Assembly (NCBI GenBank): GCA_965644265.1
Contig: OZ286475.1
Location: forward strand, 71,858,001 to 71,922,000
Origin: Glycera tridactyla
Lineage: Eukaryota
Direction of reading: 5' to 3'
DNA: 64,000 nt
Shown: one piece after another, positions 11,488-24,640 of the stretch
Layout: each line of letters opens with the position of its first letter
How positions within the stretch are numbered: position 1 is the first letter of the stretch
The notes under the pieces: generated by a model
Seen by the model: the letters and a program-made list of their open reading frames with translations, nothing else
The model's database searches: none
Told to the model about the DNA's origin: nothing
Position numbers and translations under genes: made by a program

Positions 11488-14290
11488 TAGTCCAGGCCCT
11501 CAAGGAGCCAGAAGGCGGGGGGGGGGGGTATTGTGCCGACTCATCTAAAAGCTTGAAATTTGGTACAGCAGTTCAGCAAGACATACTCATCCAATTTGTG
11601 GGGGGCGCCAAAGAAGGTGCTTGCTGGGGCCGCCATATTGGCCAATCCAATATGGCCGCCAGTCAATATTTCATTTTCTCATAGCTTCAATACCAAACAT
11701 TGACAAATCATAAAAAGACTCTCCTCATACATTTTCCATCACAGGAATTCAAGATTTGAACAGTACTTTAACATGAGATTTGGAATCGGCTGATTTTTCC
11801 CTACAGATCAAATATGGCCACCAGTCGCTGTTTGAATCCCCAATAGCTTCAAAATGAAATGTTGCAGTATCATGAGTGAATGCTCTTAATATATGTTTTT
11901 GACCCCAATGATTCTGAATTTGAACAGTATTCTGACATGGGAGAGGGAATTACAACAATTACATTACAATGGCAAGTACATCTATCACTATTTCTTTTTT
12001 TCTAATGTCATCAAATGGAACAATATTGAATTTTGTATGAGGCCTTTTAAAGTGGGGCCCTGACTCAGATTTCAACTCTGCACTCAATTTGGAGGTAGGA
12101 TTAAATGTTCAGCCAAATTATGGATGCAGTCGTGTTCCCCGTCAATGGGAAAGATTTTGTTTGGTTTGCTTTGACAAATACTCTTGCTATCAAAAAGTCA
12201 AGGAATCAAAACATGGGCACGAATCTCAATTGTACATCGAACATGGGCATATTGATAATGTAACGATCATCATCGTTCACACATCCAGCATCATATTTGA
12301 ATACCTGGTACCATTGTCTGCCTTTTACCACCAACTATCTGTGAGGTTAACATTTCCCGATGAACTGAAGTTGCCTGATACCAGGAAAGCATGTATAAAG
12401 CAGTGTCCCTTTCGAGTTCTCAAACAATGCTGCTTGGTGGGTTGTATATTCTCCAAAGTCATTCTGGTACTTATAGAAAATGATGTCTGACTCCATTGAC
12501 CTCAGAGTAACCACATAAATTCCAGTTGGACCAATACTTGAATCTGGGATTTTGCTGAAATATGCCTTTCACTTAAGGAAGTCGAGAGACATGGCAGAGA
12601 TCTGGTAAGTATAACATATACGCTTGATATAATACTCATCAAGAACTGACTAAGCATGACCTGATGATTCATGCCAGAGAAAGTACTTTGATCCAGCCAG
12701 AAACAGCCAACAAATTTCGAAACATCTGATGAGATCTGTCTTCAATATGCAATGCTCCCATCATCATGACCACTCTTCATTCTCCTGCGATATTTGGAAT
12801 CATCCATTGCGAATGCTCTGCTATGACATGAATGGGTAGATCTGCGCTAAAAACAACAGGCTACCAGGATTCTAACCTATGCTTCATCATAGATGAAGAA
12901 GCTCCTTTTCTGGAAAGAGTCGGGAAACTCCTTTCATTGTCTTTGGCATCACAATGTTCTAATCTTTCAAAGTTTCATCGCTATTCAGCCCACTGGCCCT
13001 TGATTCTTATATCATGGATTGAAAATCCACAAATATGCTATTTATATACCAGCAATTTCTATTTCAAGCCTTATTCTAGAGAGGGATTTGAATGTCTGAT
13101 TTTGAGAGATAGTGATATTGATGCGGTTATGCAGTCAATCTCTGTAGAGAAGAGGTGTCGAGGATACAATTCTGTGAACAAATAACATTTTGGAGCCTTT
13201 CGAAGCTTTTGAAAGTCCTCCCATAACCTACACTGATGAGCTTGGATAGAACTGGATTGTGAGCAAAGAGGGACCTTCGTTCTCTTCTCGGCAATGAGCT
13301 CAGAAAAATCAGCAAATTGTGAAAAAATAGTCAATCAGGGCGGTCATAATCGACAGCATTACTGATTTATCTCTGATATGAATCTATCCATGTGATTGCT
13401 GCATACACTGGGATTGTTTGTTCTGAATAATTTTTGCCAACCCGCCCTCATGTGGGACTGGCTCCAAGCTGTACCCATGGCTCCATGATTTTTTTTCGAC
13501 TTTCGGGAGCAGGGTTCCAGTGGAGTATCATTGTTCCCAAATTGTGAACGGAATCTTCCAATTTGTGAAGTGTGGTGTGCAGTATATGCTCGGAGCTGTG
13601 TTTTGGAGCTGAATGTATGCAACTCGTTATAGCACTGCACAAATAGTCACCAGCCATTGTTTTCAGGCATTTGACTGGCAATGCTTGATCCATAGCTCAG
13701 CTAGACTATTTCTATGCTGCCCAAATCTTTTGTACATGTTTTGAGCTCAATACAGGTGATTGGTTCAGAAATGCACACATAGGCATGCCTGGCAGGAGTG
13801 AGGATTGAACCACCAATTCTAGCATGCCCAGTGGTGTGAGGACAGCGCTCTGACCAACTGAGACATCCTAGTATGCCTAGAGGCGTGAGGACAGTGATAC
13901 TTGTCTTACATGCAAAACCTTGTTTAACAATCAAATCGCTGAGCATGGACTTCATATGAAATCATCAACAGTAATATTGTCTGCTCACTCATTGCCTATA
14001 TTTGTGAAATAGTCACTGAACGTTGATGCAAGATGGAGCAGACTCCAGATGATTTACCTGGTAGAGTTGAATGATGTCTTCCAGTCACATATGTTATCAG
14101 ACAAACTCCAGTCATCACCTTTCAATATAATTCGATACACCTCTGCAGTATGGTGAAATCTCACCAATATTCTACTCATTTTCTTAGACACTGGCATTGA
14201 CACGCTACTGCATCCAAATCCTCTAGAACGCCTTCTCTGGACAGACCTCAAGGTATACAGGCAATCGGTATGCAGATCCTGTTAGGATGA
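11488..14290 (-). mobile_element. Degenerate Academ-like DDE DNA transposon (one terminus plus transposase relic)
   Basis: TAG terminus at 11488 with subterminal CCAATATGGCCGCC motifs (inverted pair 11628-11660, variant near 11810). Manual minus-strand translation across stops and frameshifts gives PVVFSADLPIHVIAEHSQW (~12805-12860), VMMMGALHIE...LLAVSGW (~12690-12772) and NPRFKYWSNW (~12522-12550), matching the DQPLY..QW / MxGGLHIE / FxYW pattern I recall for Academ transposases. Right boundary approximate. Confidence 0.6.
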
Positions 14291-15049
14291 GCATGTGTAG
14301 GTCATATAATACCTATACTAAACTAAACTAGACTAGACTTTGAATGGCCTAGGGTAGACCTCCATTCTCCATGTTTGCATTAATGGGTTGACTCAGAAAT
14401 ATTTGAACGATTTAACCATTATCCGAGTGATGTTTCAGTCATGGATCCGTCACTCAGCTAATCTGATGATTATCACAACACGACACACGGCAGTTAACAT
14501 ATAGCATCATAGGATTCAAGTGATGTAGCCGTCATGATTCCGTCACCCAATGGATTCTCTGACATGTATGACAGAAGACATTAGAAACACTAGTGGCTGT
14601 GGTACCAATACTCTCCACCAATTTCTATCATTATCCTGTCAGTTTGTTCAAGATATTCATTAAAATTTGAGTGATGTTGCCGTCATGGTTCCGTCACTCA
14701 GTCAGATGATCGTCTCAACATGACATACAGCAGTCGATATCTCAAAACGACATTCATCAGTTGACATAGCATCAAAAGGGAGTTGCATGATATAGCTGAC
14801 ATTACTCCATCAGCTGGTGAGTTATCAGACAATGAATACCAGAAAATAGAATAAGAACCCTAGCGGCTAAGGCATCACTCGGCTAAGTTAATGTGAGGTG
14901 CCCACCAAGTTATATCATTACCATATCATTACCAAGTTTGTATACCAAGATATTTACATCACCACTATATTCTTGAATCAGCACAAATCAACATGCCCAT
15001 AGACAATTTCCGCTAAAATGTTTCGTGACTGCAGTAAAAAATGCACCAA

Positions 15050-16329
15050 AGCATAAGCATGTTATGCCAGAAACTTCTTGATATTTCACTTGAACGAATC
15101 TAGACTATCGGAATACCTAATGTTGTCTGGCAGCAGGATCCATGCCTGCGCACCCCTGACATATATATTGCCGTCTGCAAACATGGTTTTCATACGACGG
15201 ATTTCAATATCACTTCCCTTTGACTGGCGAGTCATGCGATACAACACCTCTCTACGAAACATAACAGGCTTCAAGCATGTTTTGTCTACTGGTAGGTTTA
15301 CTACCTTATATATTTCAGTATTCAGTTTCCGTGATCGCAGACTTTCAAGAAGGGGTACCTTCAAAGATTCATGGCACAAACTTGCTGAGTATCCATGACC
15401 AATATCGAGAACACCTGTTTTGACACATGTGTAACTTGTGACTTGCAGCATTATTACACATCATATATGTGATCGTTGTAGCAGAAGGTAGACTGTATGA
15501 ACAAGTGGTAAAGATACAGGGCTGGATTTTCGTTTATGAAGGGTCTGATGTGTTGCAAGGCCTGACGTCAAATTTCGTCTTTATTGATAAATTTTGTCAC
15601 ATGTTCATTAAGAGTTAGATTCTCGTCAAGTGTTATACCTAGATACTCGATAAAGTCCACCCGCTTAATATCAGTTCCACCAAAACTTAGCTTGTTGCAC
15701 ATGATGGAACGAACCTGAGGGCTAGACCTCAAAAATATAATGACTGACTTTCCAAGATTCAATGATAATTTCATCATACGGATGGAACCATTTGAACAAC
15801 TTCACAACTTGCTTAACACAGCCAACTCATCAAGGCCAGAGGCAATCAATGCCGTTTCATAGACATAAGCTCATTCACATAAGCAACAAACAATGACGGC
15901 CCCAAGATGGAGCCCTGGGGGACACCACATGTGACAGATTGTTGGTCAAGGATGACATTATCATATTTGACACATTGGGTCCGACCGTATAAATATGATC
16001 TATACCTATTAACAGTAACTTATCTCGGATCCCAAAGACGCTCTGATAATACCTCATGATTCACGGTATCGAACGCTTTTTTTAGATCCAGGGAGAGGGC
16101 TTTACTAGGTTGGCTGCCATTTGCGTTAGAATATTTCTCATCAAGAAAAGTTGCAAGACATGACCCAGTGGAGTACCCCTTCCTGAATCCAAGCAGTGAA
16201 TTTGCCAAAAATCCATATTTAGTCAGGTTAATTGAATGTGTACAATTCTTTCCAAAATCTTGCTCATGGCTAAGATAATAGAAATGGGACGGAAGTTATT
16301 CACCGTGTGATCTTGACTACCCTTATGTA
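15050..16329 (-). pseudogene. Old CR1/L2-group LINE ORF2 (RT) relic
   Basis: Fragments NNFRPISII..MSKILERIVHIQL, GFRKGYSTGSCL, LDLKKAFDTVNH, LSLNLGKS, EYLGITLDENL, RGAQAWILLPDNIR, with stops and frameshifts; related to the intact ORF2 at 40435-43347. Confidence 0.85.
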
Positions 16330-17360
16330 TGTAACACCACGTTTTTGATGCCGTGACGTTAGTTAGGTTAACATGAACAATATAGGGATTTCAGTTAGTG
16401 AGGTTCGCGAAAATTCACTTTTGAGGCCCACGGCACTAGTTTCCCATCCGGGGAGTGTATAAATTCCTTCTTACACATTAATTTGAGAGGTATTCCCACA
16501 TATATTAGTTGGAAAATATGTGTGACCCCGTTAGCTTCCTAAAAACAGACGTTATATTTGAAAGACTGTTGACATGGCAACTAGGGCTCGAGTAATGCGT
16601 GGTAGACTCGCCATGCTCGGAGGGTGCCCAGCTTGCAGTGTTTCTAGGAGCCCCATAGGGAATCTGGGATATCTCAGCGAATAATGTACGTAGGAAGGCC
16701 ATATTTTGATATGATATGTATCTGATATAGGGCTAAAGATATGATGAAGATGGGAAAGATGTCTTTGGAGGCAAAAAGTTAGTATGAGGTGAAGACCTTT
16801 TTCGAGCAGTTTTTCACCATTAGTTTTGATCAGTTGTTTCTGCGAATTCCCTGTGCTGTTCCAGTGAATATGGAACAATGTGGAACCAGTGGAACTGGGT
16901 AGAACTAGGCCATGTCCCTCCAGTATTGTTTCTGGTACAGTACGCCAGTAAGGGTGAAACAGGGCAAAACAGGAGTTGGTATAAAATGTATCTTGTGCTT
17001 GGACTCACTGAATCCGCCGGGTGAGAGAAGCTGTGTGTATAAACTGCTTAGACGTCTCAATATAGCATCTATGTATCAGATTTAAATCGTTGTATAATAT
17101 CCTGACTTACTGTGTGAAGGAATTATTTGAATCATTCAAAATTCAATTATTTACACTGGTAATTCCAATAGGGATACATATGTGAAAGAAATATCTCTGT
17201 AAGATCATTTTCTGTTGAAATACGGTGTTTTGACACCAGTAACTCAGCCCAGTCCATCTGAAGAGAGTTGAAACCAACATTGCGGGCTCGGTATAACAAT
17301 AGCAGCTCGATGTCATGTGTACTAATCAGGTCAACACTCAGGTGAAATTTTGCTGGGCAC
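16330..17360 (+). mobile_element. Diverged LTR relic of the giant-LTR Gypsy family, inserted into the old LINE
   Basis: Begins TGTAACACCACGTTTTTG and aligns by eye, in blocks, to the reverse complement of 53503 down to ~52770 (e.g. taacatgaacaatatagggatttc; gggtgagagaagctgtgtgtat; gaatcattcaaaattcaattat; tgtcatgtgtactaa), with ~340 bp of extra sequence at ~16460-16830. Confidence 0.85.
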
Positions 17361-17679
17361 CGCGGGACATCCGAAATGCTGTCAGTTGAACCTTTTGAAC
17401 CGGGCAGGAATCACCACCATGACCTCTCTTCTGATAGGTAAGTGACCTTTTCCTGTTACGATGTATTGTCGCTTCAACCCACAAAACTCCCACTATATGA
17501 TCTTGCGATACAAGCATACATGCAAGGATTGTGTACTTACATTTGAAGTGGGTGTTTTTTGTGATTTTCATGGGAAGTTTTTGCTGCTGTCGATGACAGA
17601 TCGGCGGTTGAAGTCGTTGATCTCCTCGAAGACAATAGGTGGCAGTCAGAATCCATGACTGGTTCCCGCTGTCGCCACT

Positions 17680-18480
17680 AGAGCACCACCATTACCACCA
17701 CCACTACCACTACCACCAGAGCCTGCCTTGGTGGCTCAGTGGTAGCATGCTGGGTTGGTGTGAAATGGGTCTGGGGTTCAATCCCCGGTCCTACCATGCA
17801 GGAATGTTTTACCCTTCATCTTCGCTCCTCCTTGGCAGGTGGTCTGATTTAGCCTACTCAAGTGCAGAAAGTGGACCTAAAACCTTAACATTTCATTTCG
17901 TTTCCTTTCCACTACCACCACCATGCTTTCCACTATCACAATCACCACCCCATTTCGACCGCCATCACCACCATCAACATTTCCAACACCAATACTATGA
18001 CCACGACCATCATCTACACCATCCCATCCCATCCACCATCATCATCATTCATCAACAGTTATCCTGTCCTAAGCATGACCTATACTATGCATGAACCTTG
18101 GCTGAGCAACTACCTAAGGATTTCCAAAGCGAGATTAGAATATTCGTGCTCGCATGCTCTCTTGTTATTTTTCTGAATTCTCTGCCAGGGTTGAATTCCG
18201 TCTATTGTACTTTATACATGTACAATGATTTGGCAGTGAACACTAGGGTATGTGTTGCATACTGTACAAGAGGCAAAATCTTTATGTATTCTCGACCACC
18301 ATCACCACCACAACCACTTTCACCACAATCACCATCATCCCACCATCAGAATACTGCTGACCCCACCACCAACACCAACACCAAACCCCCCACCATCACC
18401 ACTGCTATCACTCCCACAGTCATCTTGAATGCTGACACAACTACCACAGAAAAATCACCATGTACACCCCCCCCCTACAC
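17680..18480. repeat. (CAC/CAT)n low-complexity region
   Basis: Interrupted caccac/catcac runs flanking the SINE; explains the His/Thr/Pro-rich ORFs. Confidence 0.75.
17721..17899 (+). mobile_element. tRNA-derived SINE
   Basis: Pol III A box TGGCTCAGTGG (17732-17742), B box GGTTCAATCCC (17775-17785), non-tRNA body, 3' end taaaaccttaacatttcatttc. Confidence 0.7.
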
Positions 18481-18519
18481 ACACACAAACTTGAAACCCC
18501 GATCTGAAACCCCGATCTA

Positions 18520-18600
18520 GTTGGTTGGTTAGTTGGTTGTGGTTTAACGTCACATCAGCACCATCTGGGCATTATTGTGATGCCCATGCAATGGGCATGC
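18520..18600 (-). mobile_element. SINE/LINE 3' tail relic
   Basis: Minus strand reads gctgatgtgacgttaaaccacaaccaactaaccaaccaac; a similar tail (gctgacatgacgttaaacaaccaaac) lies on - at ~7855-7885. Confidence 0.45.
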
Positions 18601-18714
18601 TTGGGGTCTTCCAAGACTCCTTCTGGGTCCCCAACGGAAGGTGATATGATATGAAATTCGAAGACACTCAACTCACTTGATATACATCCATATATGCATC
18701 TTTATGTGGACCTG

Positions 18715-18935
18715 TCCATCCACACCATCTGATCCATCCATCTTTTCATCCATTCATCTCTCCATCAATCCATCCATCCATCCATCAATCCATTCATCCA
18801 TCCAGCCATCCATCCATCCATCTATCCATCCATCGAACAAACTAATCATTTATCTGACCCATTCTTCTGGAATGAAAGGATTAGTGTATTCAAGTATCTA
18901 TGGATGGGTAGATGGATGATGGGCCCAGCGTACTT
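18715..18935. repeat. (CCAT)n plus a ~110 bp unique-looking segment, duplicated at ~22210-22400
   Basis: gaacaaactaatcatttatctga(c/t)ccattcttc...gtatctatggatgggtaga follows a CCAT run in both places. Confidence 0.8.
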
Positions 18936-18944
18936 GTTGATTGT

Positions 18945-19365
18945 GTGTATGTGAGTGTATGTACTTATGGGCCTGTGTTTCTATATATATATATATACAT
19001 GTGTTTGTTTTCTAATGTGCATGAGTGTGAGAGAGTGTGTGTGTGTATGTGTGAGTGAGTGTGTGTATGTTTGAGTGTATGTGTTTGTGAGTGTATGTTT
19101 CTATGTACATGTTCGTGTGTGTGCACGGTGTTTCTATGTGTGTTTGTATGTGTTTGTGTGTTCGTTCATGTGTATGTCTGCATATGTATGTGTTTGTGTA
19201 TGTGTATGTGTGTTTCTCTGTGTGAGCGTGGGTGTTCTCATGTGTGAATGTTGGTGTGTATTTGTGTGTATGTGTATGTGTGCATTTGTTTGTGTGTATC
19301 AGTTAGGGAGTGTGTGTATGAGTGTGTGAGTGAATGTTGGGGTGCGAGTGTGTGTGTGTGTTCTG
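18945..19365. repeat. (GT)n-rich microsatellite field; further (GA)-rich 20375-20525 and (CA)n 21527-21606
   Basis: Visible dinucleotide runs; source of the Val/Cys and His/Thr ORFs. Confidence 0.9.
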
Positions 19366-20040
19366 GGATGGAAAGCATCTGTTGAGTCGGTATCCTGTAA
19401 TCTATTGATGGTTCAACTGCTTGGTGACAGGATATACAAGGACCCATCTCCTCACAACCTTCTCAACTCGGAACAACAGATTTTCAAGGATGCCTGCCTT
19501 GCGGGCATTCCTCTTCTTACCACTCTTGTTTGTGACTGCAGTTTAGATGACAAAAAATGGCACAAATTTTAACAGTTTTTTCGGCATACCAATAGATGGT
19601 GATGAATTGCTCTGATTCCCATGTAACTTACCATAGGTGTTGTAAAGGCATGTCTGCTTTGTATGGATTACTTGGAAAGCTCATTATGAGTCTACTTTTC
19701 CTGCCAGTTCATGACCGATGTTGACTCTCTATCAGGTTTGATACTGCTAATGAAATGAATATTCTCTACATTTTAACATATTTTATTTCATTTCATTTTG
19801 TACTGATGTTTGATTGCTGATCATGGGTATACGTTGAAGCATTTTGATCTTTGGGGGCATCAAAGCATTTGATTGTATGATTTAGTGATTCATAAGTGGA
19901 ATTAACATGTTCAATGATTGGGTTTTGAGAGTGAGATATCCCTATCCTGGCCTTTTAGACACAGTGAGCAGCAGGTGGACGGGATGGATGTGGCACCCAC
20001 TTGAATGGCGGGAAATTCGAATTAATTTCTCTCACAATCA

Positions 20041-20310
20041 CCAGGAAAGGTGATCAGTGTTACCAGGCATCCTTTTTTCGGCATACATGCCTTATTCTCA
20101 AAACTTTCTTTTTTCGGCTTTGATGCACCATTCGGCCTATCTCCCTACCCCCACTTCAAACTTGACATGACCTATCCAGCAGAGGTGATCTGTGTTACCT
20201 GGCATCCTTTTTTTGGCATACATGCCTAGTTTCAAAACCTTCTTCTTTCGGCTTTGATGCACCATTCAGCCTATCTCCCTTCCCCCACTTCAAACTTGAC
20301 ATGACATATC
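20041..20310. repeat. Two-copy ~135 bp tandem duplication
   Basis: ccag..aaggtgatc.gtgttacc.ggcatcc...cccccacttcaaacttgacatgac at 20041 and 20176. Confidence 0.85.
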
Positions 20311-21526
20311 ATATGAATGTGTGAGATTGTTTTACAATCACAATAGTTGCTAATACCCAACAGGTGCATGTTTCTTGTGTGAGGGAGGCAGACAGAGAAA
20401 GGAAGAGAGAGAGGGAAGGGAAGGAAAGAAAGAGAGTAAGAGGGGGACAGAAAGACAGACAGAGACTTAGTGAGAGAGACAGAGAGAGACAGAGAAGCAG
20501 AGAGAAATAGAGGGACAGAGAGAGGGGTGGGACTACTATCCTACCCTGTGAGCATATGATCAGGTGAGATGCGTCATAAAGTGGAGATTGTGGAAATGAC
20601 AGGAAGGCGACCATATCAAATATGTACTGAGCTTGGTGGATGACAGGATAAGGCTGCATGCTGCCTAGGTACCAGCGGGGCAAGATTGATGGATAGAGGG
20701 ATTGTAGGATGGAAGAATGGATCGAGGGATGGGCGGATGCGGGGACAGTCAAATAGACAGACTGACAGACAGATTTCGTTTGTTCATTTGAGGTTCATTG
20801 GTATTCATCAACCATAGGGTTATATATGCTGTGTGCTCCTGATGAATAAATGTTAGATGTTCACTGAACTGCAGAAATCTCTCTCACAAATCCTGTACAC
20901 AAGATGTTGGGGAGGTTTTTAAGTGGAAGTATCTGATTGTCCAGCCTTTCCCCGACCTACTCCACATGAACATCATGAAAATACTGATGGCAATTTTAAC
21001 GACGTAACTAGCTGGACGCTGACACTCGAGTCTGATAGCAATATTTCTTTTATCCGAAGTGCAGCACTTGAAGCAAAGAAAATCAATATGTTGGAGAATA
21101 CTCGAACTACATGTTTAATCACAAACTGCCAAACCAGCTTCACAATTATGGTCATCCTAAGCTTGCAGTACAATGCCATCACACTTCCCAGTGAACCTAG
21201 TCCCAGCCCTAGTAACCGAAAACTGGTGTGCCTGGGACCCACTTTTTGCATAGTGACAACATCGGCTACAGGCACACCGTCAGCTACCCACACCTGAGAC
21301 CATCTCACTGAAGAAATAAGGAAAAGCTTAGAGAGATGAAAAAGGGGTGAAGAGAAAGAAACCCTGTTATAGGGTATCTTTGTTAGAAAATGCCTGAAAA
21401 GAGATGACAGAAGGTCTGAAGGTATGTTTTGATTGAACATCCAACATCAAAAGAACAAGAAGCTGTCACAGACAGTGTATCCTTTGCCATGGGTGCTTAT
21501 TCACAAAGGGCAATCACTCCATGCTT

Positions 21527-21584
<58 letters not shown>

Positions 21585-23214
21585 ACATACACGCACACAC
21601 ACACACAAGGGAAGGGATGGGATGAAAGTTTGTGCTTGAGTAGGGCGTGTCCAGATGTAATCAACGCAAGCCATAATGATTGGGTTCAGTATAGTTGTAT
21701 AGGTCTTACATAACATAAGTATGAATAACAGAGGCTTGTCAGTTATGGAGAAGCATACATGACAATAAAGGCAAAACCAAGAGAAGCGTTGTTCATTTCA
21801 TGGAGGTGGAACAAAATACAGACAGAGCTAATGGGCCAAAATTTGCCAAAGAATGCATGTAAAATCCATCAAAGGTAATAACTCCTTCAAAAATGATTCA
21901 GTCATAGAACTGATGATATGCGATGCAGAACGTGATGATGAACATTGTGTGAAAGTTTGGTGAAAATTGCATGTGGAATGGATGAGGAATTGCACAGCCA
22001 AGAAAGGGTGATGGATTGACGGACTGATGGACTGACGGACAGTCACCAGTTCTTTATCCATATCCGGTGATGTAGAAATTGAGAAGGGATGACACTACAT
22101 CTAGACCCAATCATCCCCGATGGCAGCACTTCAAAGGGCCCGCATCTATTGATGGCTACCATCCATAGAAATCCTGGACTCAAACTACATACTAGATGAA
22201 TAGTTGGATGTATCCATCCATCCATCCATCCATCCATCCATCCATCCATCCATCCATCCATCCATCCATCAATCCATCAATCTATCCAACCATCCATCCA
22301 TAGAACAAACTAATCATTTATCTGATCCATTCTTCCAGAATGGAAAGAATGAATGTATTCAGGTATCTATGGATGGGTAGACCGATGATGGGACCAGCGT
22401 ATGGGTTGTCGACTGTAAGGTAGACAAGAATCTTAGGGCAATGCAGACTAGGATATATGTTGTCTACTGTACAGGAGACAAAACTTATAAGGCAGTGAAC
22501 ATGGATCAAGAATCGAAAGAGTTGCTTGTTCACCCTAAGTTGTAGGTTTTTCAGAAATTGTTTCGATAATAAGATGTTGATGCGAATGGCTGTGGAGTGT
22601 TTCTAGTTGTGATTGCAGAAGCATATGTATGAGTCATGGTCCAGTGTATTAAGAAGGTGATCGATTTAAGTAGCAATCAAGTGGTGATTGGCATCGTTGA
22701 ATGGGTGGAAAGGTAAGATTCTACATCTTATGATATCTGCTCGTGAGTTCTGGTGATATTTTGCCTTCATGGAACCACTCGTTTTGATGATGCATTGATT
22801 TTTGAGTTCCTAGGATCTTTGATATCAGCAGAGATAGGGCAGGTTGTATGGTTTGCGTTGAAGGGTGAACACTTTTGATGGTAAAGATTCCAGGTGGGGA
22901 GGTGGGTGCGTAAAGGCAAGATGGGGGACATCGGCATGGTGTTTGTCACATGGTGACGGGAGATTCTCTCGATTCACATCTGGGAGGGAGAGTTATGGAG
23001 CTTGATTTTTGTATAGATTTGGCTTGTAGTTTCCTAATTTCACTTGAGTTGGGTGGATTTGTGGAATCGTTGATCCTCAGCAATGAATTGGTTGCAGAAC
23101 TTGATCTATATTGCAGTAGTCAACCATTTCGAGAAGCAGCAATCAATGAAACATCCTCGCTGTGTTACATCAATACGATTTTTACCTACTCACCTACTTA
23201 CCTACCTACCTCAC

Positions 23215-23343
23215 NNNNNNNNNNNNNNNNNNNNNNNNNNNNNNNNNNNNNNNNNNNNNNNNNNNNNNNNNNNNNNNNNNNNNNNNNNNNNNNNNNNNNN
23301 NNNNNNNNNNNNNNNNNNNNNNNNNNNNNNNNNNNNNNNNNNN
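23215..23343. other. Assembly gap (129 N) inside a (CCTA)n-type microsatellite
   Basis: N run flanked by cctacctac/acctaccc repeats. Confidence 1.
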
Positions 23344-23509
23344 ACCTACCCACCCACCTAACCACCTACCTATTCACCTACTCACCCACCTGCCAACAAA
23401 GCATGCCTCGCCACACAGCATCCTCGACTTCTGTAGATTTTCATAATGTATCAGTTGCCCTTCACCCAGCGTGCCTGATATCGGACTTTCGACTTCAGGT
23501 AATCTGTAT

Positions 23510-24003
23510 AATGTATGACTGGACTTGACCTGCTCTACTTATATTATTGTGGATTGACCTATATCCTGCTGAGTTGGGATCATTAATGTATGACCTGCTC
23601 TACTTATAGTATTGTGAATTGACCTATATCCTGCTGAGTTGGGATCATTTATGTATGACCTGCTCTACTTATATTATTGTGGATTGACCTATATCCTGCT
23701 GAGTTGGGATCATTAATGTATGACCTGCTCTACTTATAGTATTGTGGATTGACCTATATCCTGCTGAGTTGGGATCATTAATGTATGACTGGACTTGACC
23801 TGCTCTACTCATATTATTGTGGATTGACCTATATCCTGCTGAGTTGAGATCATTGATGTATCAATGGACTTGACCTGCTCCACTCATATTATTGTGGATT
23901 GACCTATATCCTGCTGAGTTGAGATCATTGATGTATGAATGGACTTGACCTGCTCTACTCAAATTATTGTGGATTGACCTATATCCTGCTGAGTTGGGAT
24001 CAT
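23510..24003. repeat. Minisatellite, 7 units of 65 or 75 bp
   Basis: cctgctc starts at 23529, 23594, 23659, 23724 (period 65), then 23799, 23874, 23949 (period 75). Confidence 0.95.
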
Positions 24004-24044
24004 TGCCATCTTTTGTAGTGTTGATGCCGTCTAAGCTGTAGCCG

Positions 24045-24640
24045 GAGGAGGTGATGATTGTGATGGCGCCTGATTCGGGAGAAGGGGGGAGGGTGGAGGA
24101 GGTGGTGATGATTGTGGTGGCTCTTGATTGGGGAGAAGGGGGGAGGGTGGAGGAGGTGGTGATGATTGTGATGGCGCTTGATTTGGGAGAAGGGGGGAGG
24201 GTGGAGGAGGTGGTGATGATTGTGATGGCGCTTGATTTGGGAGAAGGGGGGAGGGTGAAGGAGGTGGTGATGATTGTGGTGGCGCTTGATTTGGGAGAAG
24301 GGGGAGGGTGGAGGAGGTGGTGATGATTGTGATGGCGCTTGATTTGGGAGAAGGGGGGAGGGTGAAGGAGGTGGTGATGATTGTGGTGGCGCTTGATTTG
24401 GGAGAAGGGGGGAGGGTGGAGGAGGTGGTGATGATTGTGATGGCGCTTGATTTGGGAGAAGGGGGAAGGTGGAGTAGGTGGTGATGGTTGTGGTGGCGCT
24501 TGATTTGGGAGAAGGGGGGAGGGTGGAGTAGGTGGTGATGATTGTGGTGGCGCTTGATTTGGGAGAAGGAGGGAAGGTGGAGTAGGTGGTGATGGTTGTG
24601 GTGGCGCTTGAATTGAAAGAAGGGGTGACGGTAGAGGAGA
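24045..24640. repeat. 54-bp G-rich minisatellite, ~11 copies
   Basis: Unit ggaggaggtggtgatgattgtgatggcgcttgatttgggagaaggggggagggt; produces the 18-aa periodic ORFs on both strands. Confidence 0.95.

Noticed and set aside
17721-17795. tRNA gene
   Set aside because: A and B boxes are present but a full cloverleaf could not be drawn and it continues into a SINE-like body and tail.
20923-21440. 124 and 155 aa opposing ORFs
   Set aside because: No recognisable domain or splice context; a third frame weakly resembles a LINE ORF2 C-terminus, so probably a relic.
23510-24003. 65/75-bp array as a CRISPR array or hammerhead ribozyme repeat
   Set aside because: Units repeat in full with no unique spacers, no cas genes, eukaryotic context; CTGCTGAG is not CUGAUGA and there is no GAAA core.
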